Under the pieces are notes generated by a model. The model did no database searches. It was given only the letters and a program-made list of their open reading frames with translations, and was not told the DNA's origin. DNA of 48,898 nt from a virus (Duplodnaviria; Caudoviricetes). The stretch's first letter is position 1; each line of letters opens with the position of its first letter. Where the stretch lies: positions 1-48,898 of the IMG/VR virus record IMGVR_UViG_3300048999_000260. One strand, written 5' to 3'. This document shows, one piece after another, positions 15,324 through 25,056 of the stretch. A program made the translations under genes and the position numbers.

Positions 15324-16769
15324 ATGGACGTGTCGCGCGCGGATGTCGGCCGGGAGGCCGCGCTGGCGCTTCAGCGCGCGATCGAGACCGTGTCACGCGC
15401 GACGTGGCGGCCGCTGCCGCACCAGATCCCGCCGGTCGGCGACTGGTATGGCTGGCTGCTGCTGGCCGGCCGAGGTGCCGGTAAGACGGACACCTGCGCG
15501 AAGTACGTGGTCGACCACGTCAACGGGCCACCGTGCATCCCCGGCCCCGTTCCACATTGGATCTCGATCATCGCGCCGACGCTCGGTGACGCGGCAACGG
15601 CGTGCTTCTCCGGACCGTCCGGCATCCGCGCGCACGACGACACGGCACGCATGGGTAGCTTCAAGGGTGGTCTCGCCATCCACTGGCCGAATGGCTCGGT
15701 AGCGAAACTGTTCGGCGCGCGGTCACCGGATGACGTGGACCGGCTGCGAGCCGGTGGTAACCGATGCCTCGCGTGGCTCGAGGAGCTCGCCGCGTGGCGA
15801 TATCTCGAGGACTGTTGGGACCAGATGCGTTTTGGTCTGCGTACCGGCAAGCGTCCACATTGGATCGGATCGACCACGCCGAAGCCGCGTGTCTTGATCA
15901 AGCGCCTGGACAAGGGCGAGGTCCGGAACACCATCGTCACGCGCGCGACCATGTACGACAACCCGTACCTCCCGGATCAAATCAAGGGTGACCTGGAGGA
16001 GACATACGGCGGCACCGCGCTCGGCGCGCAGGAGCTGCTCGGTCGTGTCGTCGAGCAGGACGAGAACGCCCTGTGGAAGCGGGCAAATCTCGAACGCGAT
16101 CGCGTAAAGCTTGATCTGGTACCGGCGTTCACACGCATCACGGTAGGTGTCGACCCGTCCGGCGGCCGCGGCGAGCAGGGCATCGTGGTCGTCGGTAAGC
16201 ACGACATCATCCATCAGCCGACCGACGCCGAGATGGCTGCCATCGCCAACACGTTGGGTACCGGACGTGGCGCACCGCTGGCGTGGCAGCAGAGCGCGAA
16301 GACCGCGGCCATCCGCAAGGAGACCCACGGCTACGTCATTGGCGATTACACGTGCCGGCTGCCGCCGGATGGCTGGGGCCGACGCGCGGTCCAGGCCGCC
16401 GTTGACATGGAGGCCGACGACATCGTGGTTGAGACCAACTTCGGTGGTGACATGGCTGTCGCCGTGCTTGAAGGCGCGATCGATCACATGGGTCTTTCCA
16501 TTCCGGTCAAGACCGTCGTCGCGTCGCGCGGCAAGCACGTTCGCGCGCAGCCGGTGGCCGCGATGTCGGCGCGCGCGAAGTGGCACATGGCCGGTGAGTA
16601 CGAGGAGCTTGAAGATCAACTCTGCACGTGGACGGAGGAGGCCGACTACTCGCCGGACCGGTTGGACGCGATGGTCTGGCCAGCGTGGCATCAGAAGATG
16701 GTACGTGCTCGGGCCTTGCAGAGCGTTGGCACGTGGGGTGGCCAGGCGATGAACCAGAAGATCGGATGA
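15324..16769 (+). CDS. terminase large subunit
   Basis: Walker A AGRGAGKT, Walker B-like AWLEEL, nuclease VGVDPS, ETNFGG, SPDRLDA; ATG 15324 possibly leaderless (TAGGAT at 15310). Confidence 0.95.
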   Translation: MDVSRADVGREAALALQRAIETVSRATWRPLPHQIPPVGDWYGWLLLAGRGAGKTDTCAKYVVDHVNGPPCIPGPVPHWISIIAPTLGDAATACFSGPSGIRAHDDTARMGSFKGGLAIHWPNGSVAKLFGARSPDDVDRLRAGGNRCLAWLEELAAWRYLEDCWDQMRFGLRTGKRPHWIGSTTPKPRVLIKRLDKGEVRNTIVTRATMYDNPYLPDQIKGDLEETYGGTALGAQELLGRVVEQDENALWKRANLERDRVKLDLVPAFTRITVGVDPSGGRGEQGIVVVGKHDIIHQPTDAEMAAIANTLGTGRGAPLAWQQSAKTAAIRKETHGYVIGDYTCRLPPDGWGRRAVQAAVDMEADDIVVETNFGGDMAVAVLEGAIDHMGLSIPVKTVVASRGKHVRAQPVAAMSARAKWHMAGEYEELEDQLCTWTEEADYSPDRLDAMVWPAWHQKMVRARALQSVGTWGGQAMNQKIG

Positions 16770-17083
16770 CCTTGGTAATCTTCGTACTGTCGCAGGCTAC
16801 GGCCGAGACGATTCCGGCATCGGCGTTCTTACAATACGGTGCGATCGGACTCATCGCGGCACTTGCACTCGCGGCCGTACGCGTGCTGTTCAAGCGTGAG
16901 ATCGCACAGCACGAACAGGATCGTCAACGCGCCGACCGGCTTGAGACGGAGCTTAAGCTGCTTAACGGTACGATTCAAGAGAAATATCTGACCGTCTTGG
17001 CGCAAGCCACCGCCGCGATGTCCGAAGCGTTTGACGTGATCAAAGCAGCCGACGGGACATACCGTGATGACAAACGGCGATGA
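16766..17083 (+). CDS. membrane protein (TM plus coiled coil), lysis-cassette type
   Basis: FLQYGAIGLIAALALAAVRVLFKRE...RADRLE. Confidence 0.75.
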   Translation: MTLVIFVLSQATAETIPASAFLQYGAIGLIAALALAAVRVLFKREIAQHEQDRQRADRLETELKLLNGTIQEKYLTVLAQATAAMSEAFDVIKAADGTYRDDKRR

Positions 17084-17243
17084 GCAGAAGCGAACGGACC
17101 ACGTGATTGGTGAAGCGCAAGACAGTCACGAGGAACTGCTGGCAGCGATCACGAAGCTGGAACGGTACGCGAACGCGTTGCGGCGCGCCGCGGATCGGAC
17201 ACGACCGCCGGGTGACGGAGAGGGTGGTTTATATGATCAGTGA
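17067..17243 (+). CDS. small helical protein (58 aa)
   Basis: MTNGDEQKRTDHVIGEAQDSHEELLAAITKLERYANALRRAA..., fills gap between neighbours. Confidence 0.5.
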   Translation: MTNGDEQKRTDHVIGEAQDSHEELLAAITKLERYANALRRAADRTRPPGDGEGGLYDQ

Positions 17244-17667
17244 GGAGGAGGCGCGGCACCTCGAGGCCGTGTCCGCCGATCTCCGTGATCTCGTGCAGGG
17301 GCTACGCGATGACATGGCACGTGCGGCCAACGTGCGCAACGATCTCACCCGGCTGACGAAGAGCGGTCGGCTGACGCGTGCGATCGTCGTCGTGCAGTCC
17401 GTGATCATCGTCTTGATGCTCGGTGGTGGTGCGCTGCTGCTGTCTACCAACATCAAGTTGAACTCCGTTGTCGCACAGCTGAACGAGGTCGTTCGCATTC
17501 AGCACGATTCGGCGCTGTGCCCGCTGTACCAAATCTTCATCAATGCGGATACGCCGGCCGCACGTGCGGCTGCCGAGAAGCGCGGTGACGACATGGAACA
17601 ACGGGATCGATCGTTCGCCACCATCCGACAGAGTTACGCTGCGTTGAACTGTCAAGCAATCAAGTAG
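17233..17667 (+). CDS. membrane protein with coiled coils
   Basis: ATG 17233; central TM; C-terminal Cys pair. Confidence 0.75.
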   Translation: MISEEEARHLEAVSADLRDLVQGLRDDMARAANVRNDLTRLTKSGRLTRAIVVVQSVIIVLMLGGGALLLSTNIKLNSVVAQLNEVVRIQHDSALCPLYQIFINADTPAARAAAEKRGDDMEQRDRSFATIRQSYAALNCQAIK

Positions 17668-17681
17668 GAAGCTGACGTACC

Positions 17682-18284
17682 ATGGCGGAAAGCGATGACG
17701 TCAACGTCACCGAGGCGCGACGTTGGGCGAAGTCCGAAGGCTACGACGTTCCGGCGCGCGGCGCGTTGAAGGCGGAGATCCTGGAGGCGTACCGCAATCG
17801 CGACCAGCCGCAGGACGTCACGCCGGACGACGCGCCGACCGGCCAGGTCGACGCGGCCGGGATCACCGACGAGGTGACCACGACGATCGACAGTGGTGAC
17901 GAGACGGCCGAGGACAGTTCGACTGACGACGGGTCCACATCGGACGGTGACGCGTTTACAGCATACGTCGCGGGCTACCGGCGCGCGCGTGGGATCGCGG
18001 ACGACGTCGAGGACGCCGTAGTCATGGAGGGTTCGCGGCAGCGCAACCGCGTCAGCATCCAGACGCTCGAGAACGGCTTCATACACTACCAGCGGCACGC
18101 CGGTACCGATGAGGTGCAGGCGCGACTGGTTGCGCTTGGGTTCCTCAACGGGTACGCGTCCGGACAGGCGGACGAGAACACGGTGCAGGCGTACGCGCGC
18201 TACCAGGACAGCATCGGTCTGCCCGGTACCGGTATCCCGGAGCGGACCTCCCTGGAGGAGCTAGGCTTCGACGTCATCGAGTAA
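17682..18284 (+). CDS. Lsr2-like DNA-binding domain fused to peptidoglycan-binding-like domain
   Basis: EARRWAKSEGYDVPARGALKAEILEAY; VQARLVALGF...GQADENTVQAYARYQ...TGIP. Confidence 0.75.
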   Translation: MAESDDVNVTEARRWAKSEGYDVPARGALKAEILEAYRNRDQPQDVTPDDAPTGQVDAAGITDEVTTTIDSGDETAEDSSTDDGSTSDGDAFTAYVAGYRRARGIADDVEDAVVMEGSRQRNRVSIQTLENGFIHYQRHAGTDEVQARLVALGFLNGYASGQADENTVQAYARYQDSIGLPGTGIPERTSLEELGFDVIE

Positions 18285-18342
18285 GAACGGCCGAGCGGGT
18301 ACGATCCTCGCGACAACGCCACGATGGCGAAAGGGAAAGCCC

Positions 18343-18702
18343 ATGAGTCCGAAGTCCTGGCTCGCCGCGATCGGCGCGGTCGCGAGCCTGCTGGTCGCGT
18401 TCCTCAGCGACAACACCATCACGCTTCACGAGTGGATTCTCCTCGGCGGTTCGTTCGCCGTCGCCGTGAACATGTTCGTGGTGCCGAACCTCGATGCCGG
18501 TCTGGCCAAGTACGCGAAGGCGATCGTGGCCGCGGTGATCGCGCTGTTCTCGATCCTGCTGGTCGTGATCCCCGGTGGCGTGACCACGGCCGAGTGGATC
18601 CAGGTCGGCATCGCCGTCGCGGCCGCGCTCGGCATTCCCGCGCTGCCGGCACCGCAGTTCCCGGCGGTACCGTCCAAGGTGGAACCGAACCCGCCGGTCT
18701 GA
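18343..18702 (+). CDS. holin-like 4-TM membrane protein
   Basis: Four hydrophobic segments; internal duplication (ITLHEWI / VTTAEWI). Confidence 0.7.
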   Translation: MSPKSWLAAIGAVASLLVAFLSDNTITLHEWILLGGSFAVAVNMFVVPNLDAGLAKYAKAIVAAVIALFSILLVVIPGGVTTAEWIQVGIAVAAALGIPALPAPQFPAVPSKVEPNPPV

Positions 18703-18711
18703 GTCATCTCA

Positions 18712-18748
18712 TAGGAGGCGCGGAACGCCAAGCGATCCGCGCCTCTTA
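18712..18748 (+). terminator. hairpin after holin-like gene
   Basis: AGGAGGCGCGGA/TCCGCGCCTCTT. Confidence 0.55.
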
Positions 18749-18768
18749 CCAACTCGTAAGGAGAACAC

Positions 18769-19344
18769 GTGTCGGCGACTCTTCCGCGCACACGGCTACG
18801 CCTTCGGTCGGCGCTTACGATCGACGAGCTTCGCGAGTGGTGTCCGGAACCACACGATCATCGGCGGTATGGTCGCGGTCACGGCGAACGTGTGGACACG
18901 TTGATCGAGGTGGCTCATCATCTTCCTGCTGCCATCACGACGATCGGTGACCTGTCGTGCGGCAACGCCATGATCGCGCGCAGCTTTCCGAACGTGCGGC
19001 TCACGCTTGGTGACTTCGCGCCCGGCTATGAAATTCAGGGCAAGATCGAGGACACGATCGGCACGATCGATCCGGTCGACCTGTACGTTCTCACCGAAAC
19101 CTTGGAGCACCTCGATGATCCCGGTGCCGTGCTGCGTGAGATCCGCGACAAGACCAGGTTCCTGCTGGTATCGACGCCGGTCGACTGCTGGGAGGACACC
19201 AACCGGGAGCATTACTGGGCCTGGTCACGTGAGGGCGTCGAGGAGCTGATGACCGACGCTGGCTTCACCGTACTGACGTACAACATCATCGATTCCCGCA
19301 CGTACGGTGAGCCGTACTGCTACGGGATCTGGAGCTGTGAGTAG
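18769..19344 (+). CDS. class I SAM-dependent methyltransferase
   Basis: IGDLSCGN, TETLEHLDDP, LLVSTP. Confidence 0.85.
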   Translation: MSATLPRTRLRLRSALTIDELREWCPEPHDHRRYGRGHGERVDTLIEVAHHLPAAITTIGDLSCGNAMIARSFPNVRLTLGDFAPGYEIQGKIEDTIGTIDPVDLYVLTETLEHLDDPGAVLREIRDKTRFLLVSTPVDCWEDTNREHYWAWSREGVEELMTDAGFTVLTYNIIDSRTYGEPYCYGIWSCE

Positions 19345-19392
19345 TAAAGTCTGACGTTGCGGACCAATACGAAGTAGACGAAAGCGAGACCA

Positions 19393-20589
19393 ATGACGTT
19401 GATGAGGTCCTGCGGGCACGAAGGTCGCTACGTGCTTGACCTTCCGGCGACGCCGCTCGCCGACTCGTTCACCGACACGCCGAACGCGCCGGCACCGCGC
19501 TACCCGCTCGGATTGAAGTATTGCGAAAACTGCACGATGGTCGAGAACACGACGTTCGTCGATGATGACGTCCTGTTCGGCCAGGACTACGCGTTCTTCA
19601 GCGGCGGCTCGCCCGCACTCGTGAACTACTTCGGTATCTACGCCGACTGGATCAAGCAGAACTTCCCTGATCAGATCAAGCACGGCGTGGTGGAAATCGC
19701 GTCGAACGATGGCACGCTGCTCGAACACTTCCGCGACGGTCCGCATCTCGGCATCGATCCAGCCGGACCACCGTCGCACTTCGCAGAGTCCATTGGCTTG
19801 ACCGTGCTCAACGAGCCGTTCACGCAACGTCTCGCGATCGCCTTGCCCCAGAACCAACTCGTGATCGCGAACAACGTGATCGCACACGTCACCAATCTCG
19901 ATGACTTCCTCGCTGGTGTCGCGTGGCTGGTCGGTGATACCGGCCGCGCGGTCTTTGAGTTCCAGTACCTGCCGGATCTGCTGCTCGGCAACCAGTTCGA
20001 TCTCGTGTATCACGAGCACCGCCGGTTCCTCGCGCTGACCTCGTTACACAGCAGCGTGAAGTCGCACGGCCTCGCCATCGTGGACGCCATGCTCACGCCG
20101 ACGCAGGGCGGCTCGATCCGGGTCGTCCTCGCACCGACGTACATGAAGCTCAAGCGTACGGTCCGCGCGAACGCGCTGACGGCCGGCGAGTTCTCGCTGT
20201 GGGACCTCGCGACGTTCACCGACTTCGCCGCGCGCGTCGCCAGCATCTCGGTTCGTTTGCACCTCATGGTCGAGGAGCTCGTCACCGACGGCTACGACGT
20301 CGCGCTGTACGGCGCGCCAGCCAAGGCCACGACGTTGCTGTATCAGACCGATCTCGCACGTCACCTCAACTACGCGGTCGACCTGACGCCCTACAAGCTC
20401 GGGAAGTACATGCCCGGTACCGATATTCCCGTGATCGGTCCGGTGGACGAACAGCAACGTGACGACAAGGCGGACGCATACGTGCTCGCGATTCCGAACT
20501 ATCTCGGTTCGGTGATCCGGCGCGAGAGGTCGTTCTTGGTCCGCGGCGGCAAGTTCGTCGTGCCGCTACCGAAGCCGGTGATCATCTGA
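19393..20589 (+). CDS. NDP-hexose C-methyltransferase (TylCIII/TcaB9-like)
   Basis: LDLPATPLADSF, CENC zinc site, VVEIASNDGTLL, ANNVIAHV, FDLVYHEH, QGGSIR, YGAPAKATT, KFVVPLP. Confidence 0.9.
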   Translation: MTLMRSCGHEGRYVLDLPATPLADSFTDTPNAPAPRYPLGLKYCENCTMVENTTFVDDDVLFGQDYAFFSGGSPALVNYFGIYADWIKQNFPDQIKHGVVEIASNDGTLLEHFRDGPHLGIDPAGPPSHFAESIGLTVLNEPFTQRLAIALPQNQLVIANNVIAHVTNLDDFLAGVAWLVGDTGRAVFEFQYLPDLLLGNQFDLVYHEHRRFLALTSLHSSVKSHGLAIVDAMLTPTQGGSIRVVLAPTYMKLKRTVRANALTAGEFSLWDLATFTDFAARVASISVRLHLMVEELVTDGYDVALYGAPAKATTLLYQTDLARHLNYAVDLTPYKLGKYMPGTDIPVIGPVDEQQRDDKADAYVLAIPNYLGSVIRRERSFLVRGGKFVVPLPKPVII

Positions 20590-21530
20590 TGCGCGCACTC
20601 GTAACCGGCGTGACCGGCATGGACGGCTGGCACCTCGCGGAACACCTCCGTGACACGGGTTGGACGGTCATCGCGCTGATCCACGGACAGCGCGAGCGTG
20701 TGCTGCCGCAGGGTGTTCACGGCGTGCAGGCTGACCTGCTGGACCAGTCCAATCTCGTGAACGTGCTGCGCGACATCCAGCCTCACACCGTGTTCAACCT
20801 CGGCGCGATCACATCTATCGGCATCAGCTGGAAGCAGCCCGACCTCATGGCAAACGTCACCGGCCTCGGCGTGTTGCGGCTGCTAGACGCGATCCGATTG
20901 GTGAACAAGGACATCCGATTGGTCCAGGCCAGCACGGCCGACCAGTTCGGCCACAACGACGGCACGCCCATGGACGAGATCACACCGTTCGCGCCGCGAA
21001 CCCCGTACGGCGTCGCAAAGCAGTTCGCTCACGACATGTGTCTGTCATACCGCGAGGCGTACGACATGCACGTGTCAACGTTGATCCTCTTTAACCACAG
21101 CAGTCCACGACACGGCAAGGAGTTCATCGTCCGCAAGGTGACCACGAATGTCGCGCGGATCAGCACCGAGGTCTCGGCCGGCCAACGCGTTCGTCCACTT
21201 CAGCTCGGTAAGCTTGATGCCGTTCGCGATTGGGGTTACGCACCGGACTATGTACGTGCGTACCCGATGGCGGCCGCGCAGCTCGTACCTGATGACTACG
21301 TGATCGCGACCGGCGTCGGCCACTCCGTGGAGGACCTGGTGCGCACGGCCTTTGACGCCGTCGATCTCGACTGGTCGCGGTACACCACGTTCGATCACGA
21401 TATCGGCCGGCCAGCTGACGTGGCCACGCGGATCGGAAACTACGACAAGGCGAACCGCGTACTCGGTTGGAAACCGACGATCTTCTTTGATGACATGATT
21501 CAGACGATGGTGCTTCTGGAGGACATGTGA
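20589..21530 (+). CDS. gmd: GDP-mannose 4,6-dehydratase
   Basis: ALVTGVTGMDG, PRTPYGVAK (YxxxK), FNHSSPRHG.EFIVRKVT, LGKLDAVRDWGYAPDYV. Confidence 0.9.
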   Translation: MRALVTGVTGMDGWHLAEHLRDTGWTVIALIHGQRERVLPQGVHGVQADLLDQSNLVNVLRDIQPHTVFNLGAITSIGISWKQPDLMANVTGLGVLRLLDAIRLVNKDIRLVQASTADQFGHNDGTPMDEITPFAPRTPYGVAKQFAHDMCLSYREAYDMHVSTLILFNHSSPRHGKEFIVRKVTTNVARISTEVSAGQRVRPLQLGKLDAVRDWGYAPDYVRAYPMAAAQLVPDDYVIATGVGHSVEDLVRTAFDAVDLDWSRYTTFDHDIGRPADVATRIGNYDKANRVLGWKPTIFFDDMIQTMVLLEDM

Positions 21531-22168
21531 TCACCGTGACGATCGTCACGCCGACCATGGTCGGTCGTGAGATCGTATTGCTTGATCGCTGCATTCCATC
21601 CGTGCAACGGCAGTCCACATCGGACCTTGTCGTCGAGCACCTGGTCGTCAGCGATCCGAACCCGGACCTCGCCAAGCAGATTCGCGAGGACTACCCGTAC
21701 GTCCAGTTCGTACAGCTCAACGATACGTGGCGCGACGGTAAGCGCGACCAGTCAATCGGCGCGTTTCCCTGGTACATCGGGTCCATGCTCGCGCAGGGTG
21801 ACTACGTCGGCTTCCTTGGTGACGACGACGAGCTTCTCTCTCATCATGTAAACACGCATATCGACATGATGGAGACGACCGGTGCGGACTTCAGCGTGAG
21901 TCGTGTGGAATTCCAGGTCGACGGCAACGTCGTGTTTACGGTCGGTCACCCGGGTATGGCGTGGACGCAGCTCGACAGCGACGGTGTCATGTGTCGGCGA
22001 TCCGCGCTTCGGCACGCGAACTGGGACCCGTTCGATCTCGAGCCACCGACGGCCGATGCCGCGGACTATCGGCTCGTGCGTGACTGGAAGACCGCCGGTC
22101 TCAACGGTGTGTTCATCGATGTGATTACCGCGATTCACCACAACGGCTGGGCCGGAGGAGCGACATGA
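21527..22168 (+). CDS. glycosyltransferase family 2
   Basis: VTIVTPT...CIPSVQRQ...LVVSD...AQGDYVGFLGDDDEL. Confidence 0.85.
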   Translation: MITVTIVTPTMVGREIVLLDRCIPSVQRQSTSDLVVEHLVVSDPNPDLAKQIREDYPYVQFVQLNDTWRDGKRDQSIGAFPWYIGSMLAQGDYVGFLGDDDELLSHHVNTHIDMMETTGADFSVSRVEFQVDGNVVFTVGHPGMAWTQLDSDGVMCRRSALRHANWDPFDLEPPTADAADYRLVRDWKTAGLNGVFIDVITAIHHNGWAGGAT

Positions 22169-22893
22169 TTGTCATCGGAACTACGCTTACTACATACGCC
22201 ATGCTTGATCCGGAACGGTCGTACATGTGGGACGCGTGGCTGCGGCACGCCGAGCTGATCATCGAAACCGCGCCGGACGAGGTGCGGTACTTCGTGGCGA
22301 TCGAGACCGACGCGCGTGGCATCGAACCGTTCCAGCCGCTGCTCGACCGGCTCGAGAAGATCGGCGGTGAGTACTGGCGCTTCGATCTGGACGACGGCCG
22401 GCGAGACGTGCACACGTTCAACCGGCTTCGACACATCACGCTAGGGCAGAACCTGCTCTCCGACTACGCGCACGCCAACGGCGCGACTCACTTGCTCCAC
22501 ATGGCTGCGGACTGCGAGCCGACGCCGGCCGTGCTGCCGAAGCTGCTCGCGGTGAACGCGCCGCTCGCCGCGGCGTACTGCCCGACGTACGGACTGCGCG
22601 GCGAGGAGTTGACCGTGCAGTACCCGGACTTCCCCGTGACCGGACCGTCACTGGTCGCGTCGCCGTTCGCCGCGGTTTGCGTGTTGATCCAGCGCGAGGT
22701 GTTCAAACGACTGAAGTTCCGGTACGACATCGATCTCGGTATGTCCGATGACCCGTCGTTGTGTTACGACCTCAAGGAGGTCTTCGACGAGGAGGTGCGG
22801 ATTCGACTGGACTGCATCGCGACGCATCACCCGACGATCATCTCGTCGATCGAGACCCGGTATCCCGGACTGGACATGAGCGTGCAGCGGTGA
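22165..22893 (+). CDS. putative GT-A-fold glycosyltransferase
   Basis: ATHLLHMAADC (degenerate DxD position), CVLIQREVF, SDDPSLC, CIATH; cluster context. Confidence 0.55.
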   Translation: MIVIGTTLTTYAMLDPERSYMWDAWLRHAELIIETAPDEVRYFVAIETDARGIEPFQPLLDRLEKIGGEYWRFDLDDGRRDVHTFNRLRHITLGQNLLSDYAHANGATHLLHMAADCEPTPAVLPKLLAVNAPLAAAYCPTYGLRGEELTVQYPDFPVTGPSLVASPFAAVCVLIQREVFKRLKFRYDIDLGMSDDPSLCYDLKEVFDEEVRIRLDCIATHHPTIISSIETRYPGLDMSVQR

Positions 22894-23273
22894 GTGATCC
22901 GTTCGTCCTCACACTCATGATCTTGACCACATTTCGATTGACCAGGTTAATCACCAGTGACTCGTTTCCGCTCGTGCGACTGCCACGCGAGTGGCTGCTT
23001 GAGAAGGCGATCGAGAATCGCATCGAGGACGCGAGCTACGAGACCGTCGACGACGCGACAGACGAGCACGTTCGGACCTACCGTGGCTTCTGGTACCACC
23101 TCGCCGATCTGGTCACGTGTCCCTGGTGTGTCAGCGTTTGGGTGGCCGGCGTGGTGACGTTCATCACCGTGCTAGTATCTCCCACAGGACTTTCGATGCC
23201 CTGGCTGTGGTTCGGCGCGACGGCCGGCGGCGCGGCGATCACGGCCCAGTTGGTGGCGAAGCTGATGGACTAG
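22890..23273 (+). CDS. DUF1360-like membrane protein
   Basis: FRLTRLITSDSFP...LVTCPWCVSVW; directly upstream of portal. Confidence 0.8.
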   Translation: MSDPFVLTLMILTTFRLTRLITSDSFPLVRLPREWLLEKAIENRIEDASYETVDDATDEHVRTYRGFWYHLADLVTCPWCVSVWVAGVVTFITVLVSPTGLSMPWLWFGATAGGAAITAQLVAKLMD

Positions 23274-23286
23274 ACCGGGAGGCGCC

Positions 23287-25056
23287 ATGGCTTGGTGGGC
23301 ACCGTGGCGCCGACCGAGGTCGTCCACAGTGGACGGTGCGCTGACCGCGGCCGCGTCACCGATGAACAACGGTGACAAGCGTCGTAGCACCACGCCGAGC
23401 TACCAGAGCTGGCAGTCCGAGGCGTGGGCGTACTACGACTCCCTCGGTGAGTTCCGCTACGCCGTCGAGTGGAAGTCTGAGATGATCAGCCGCGTGCGGC
23501 TGCGCGTCGGCGAGATCTTGCCCGGCCAGGACGAACCCCGCATCATCGATAAGGGACCGGCCGCGGATCTGATCAACGAGCTCTGCGGTGGCATCGGTGG
23601 CCAGTCCGAGATGCTCGCCAACATGACCACGCAGATCAACGTACCCGGTGAGGCGTACGTCCTCGGTGAGACCATCGACGACGTCAACCACTGGAGCGTC
23701 AAGTCCGCGGACGAGGTGCGCGTTCGGCGCGCCAAGACGGCCGACGGTCGCGAGTCGCTCTACGAGACGATCGATGAGGCCACGTCGGACAACACGGTGA
23801 TGAACTGGCGGTCGGTCGATCCGGAGTCTTTGCTGGTTCGCGTGTGGCGACCGCACAAGCGCTATCACCACGTTGCCGACTCGCCGGCGCGGTCGATGCG
23901 TTCGACCATGCGTGAGCTCGAACTCGTGAACCGTAAGATCCAGGCTCACTATCTCTCGCGGCTCGCGTCGGCCGGCGTCTTCGTCGTGCCAGACGAGGTG
24001 ACCTTCCCGACGCGACCGGAGTTCGACGGCGCGCCCGACGCGTTCATCGCCGAGTGGATCCAGATGGCGAGCGAGGCCATCGAGACGCCGGGCAGCGCGT
24101 CAGCCGTCGTGCCGATCCCGATGAAGGTGCCGGGCGAGTACGCGAAGTCCTTTAACTTCATCGACTTCTCGCTCAAGGAGGACGAGAAGACGATCGAGAA
24201 GCGCGAGTCGGCGATTCGTCGACTCGCCAATCAGGTCGACGTACCGGCCGAGATCCTGCTCGGCATGGGTGACGTCAACCACTGGTCGGCGTGGCAGCTC
24301 GAAGAGGGTGCGATCAAGACGCACATCTCGAGCGACGTCGAGGTGATCTGCGCTGCGCTGACGGCCGGTTACCTGCGACCGCGTATGAAGGCCGATGGTC
24401 TGGATCCCACGAACATCGTCGTCTGGTACGACACGTCGGAGCTGACGGCGCGGCCGAACAAGACGGACATCGCGAAGGACCTCTACGACCGGCTCGAGAT
24501 CAACGGCAAGGCGTACCGGCGTGAAGCCGGATTCGACGAGGACGACGCACCCACGAAGGAAGACCTCAAGGAGATGGCGCTGCGTAAGCTCGCCATCAAC
24601 CCGCAGGTCGGCATGGCAGCGCTCGCCGAGCTGGTCGATGAACCGGCCCTGGCCCCAACCCCGGATACCGGACCGCCACAAGAGGTCCCACCGGAGCAGA
24701 AGCCAGAGAACAACCCGCGGCAGCAGGGACCTCCGCCAACGAAGGACGAACCGCCACCGACGCCGGGAACCGACAAGGCCACGCAGGCCGCGGCGCGCCA
24801 CCGTGTCCTATTTGGACTCAACGAGTGGACGCTTTATCATCCCGGTTGCTGTCACGGCGCGCTCATGTCATGCCCGGTCACCGAGGGTACGCGGTTCCTC
24901 AGCATCTTTCCGGGACAGACCGGCACGTACGAGTGCTGGCTCGCCGACAACGGCGAGTTCATCCTTGGCCGGCGCACATACGAGCGACTGGACGACATGC
25001 TGAAGGGACACACCCGCAACCTCAAGTCCAAGGTCCTGAGCAATGGTCACCATTGA
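23287..25056 (+). CDS. portal protein
   Basis: WQSEAWAYYDSLGEFRY, NVPGEAY, RVWRPH, DSPARS, ILLGMGDVNHWSAW; cluster-B-like actinophage portal. Confidence 0.9.
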   Translation: MAWWAPWRRPRSSTVDGALTAAASPMNNGDKRRSTTPSYQSWQSEAWAYYDSLGEFRYAVEWKSEMISRVRLRVGEILPGQDEPRIIDKGPAADLINELCGGIGGQSEMLANMTTQINVPGEAYVLGETIDDVNHWSVKSADEVRVRRAKTADGRESLYETIDEATSDNTVMNWRSVDPESLLVRVWRPHKRYHHVADSPARSMRSTMRELELVNRKIQAHYLSRLASAGVFVVPDEVTFPTRPEFDGAPDAFIAEWIQMASEAIETPGSASAVVPIPMKVPGEYAKSFNFIDFSLKEDEKTIEKRESAIRRLANQVDVPAEILLGMGDVNHWSAWQLEEGAIKTHISSDVEVICAALTAGYLRPRMKADGLDPTNIVVWYDTSELTARPNKTDIAKDLYDRLEINGKAYRREAGFDEDDAPTKEDLKEMALRKLAINPQVGMAALAELVDEPALAPTPDTGPPQEVPPEQKPENNPRQQGPPPTKDEPPPTPGTDKATQAAARHRVLFGLNEWTLYHPGCCHGALMSCPVTEGTRFLSIFPGQTGTYECWLADNGEFILGRRTYERLDDMLKGHTRNLKSKVLSNGHH

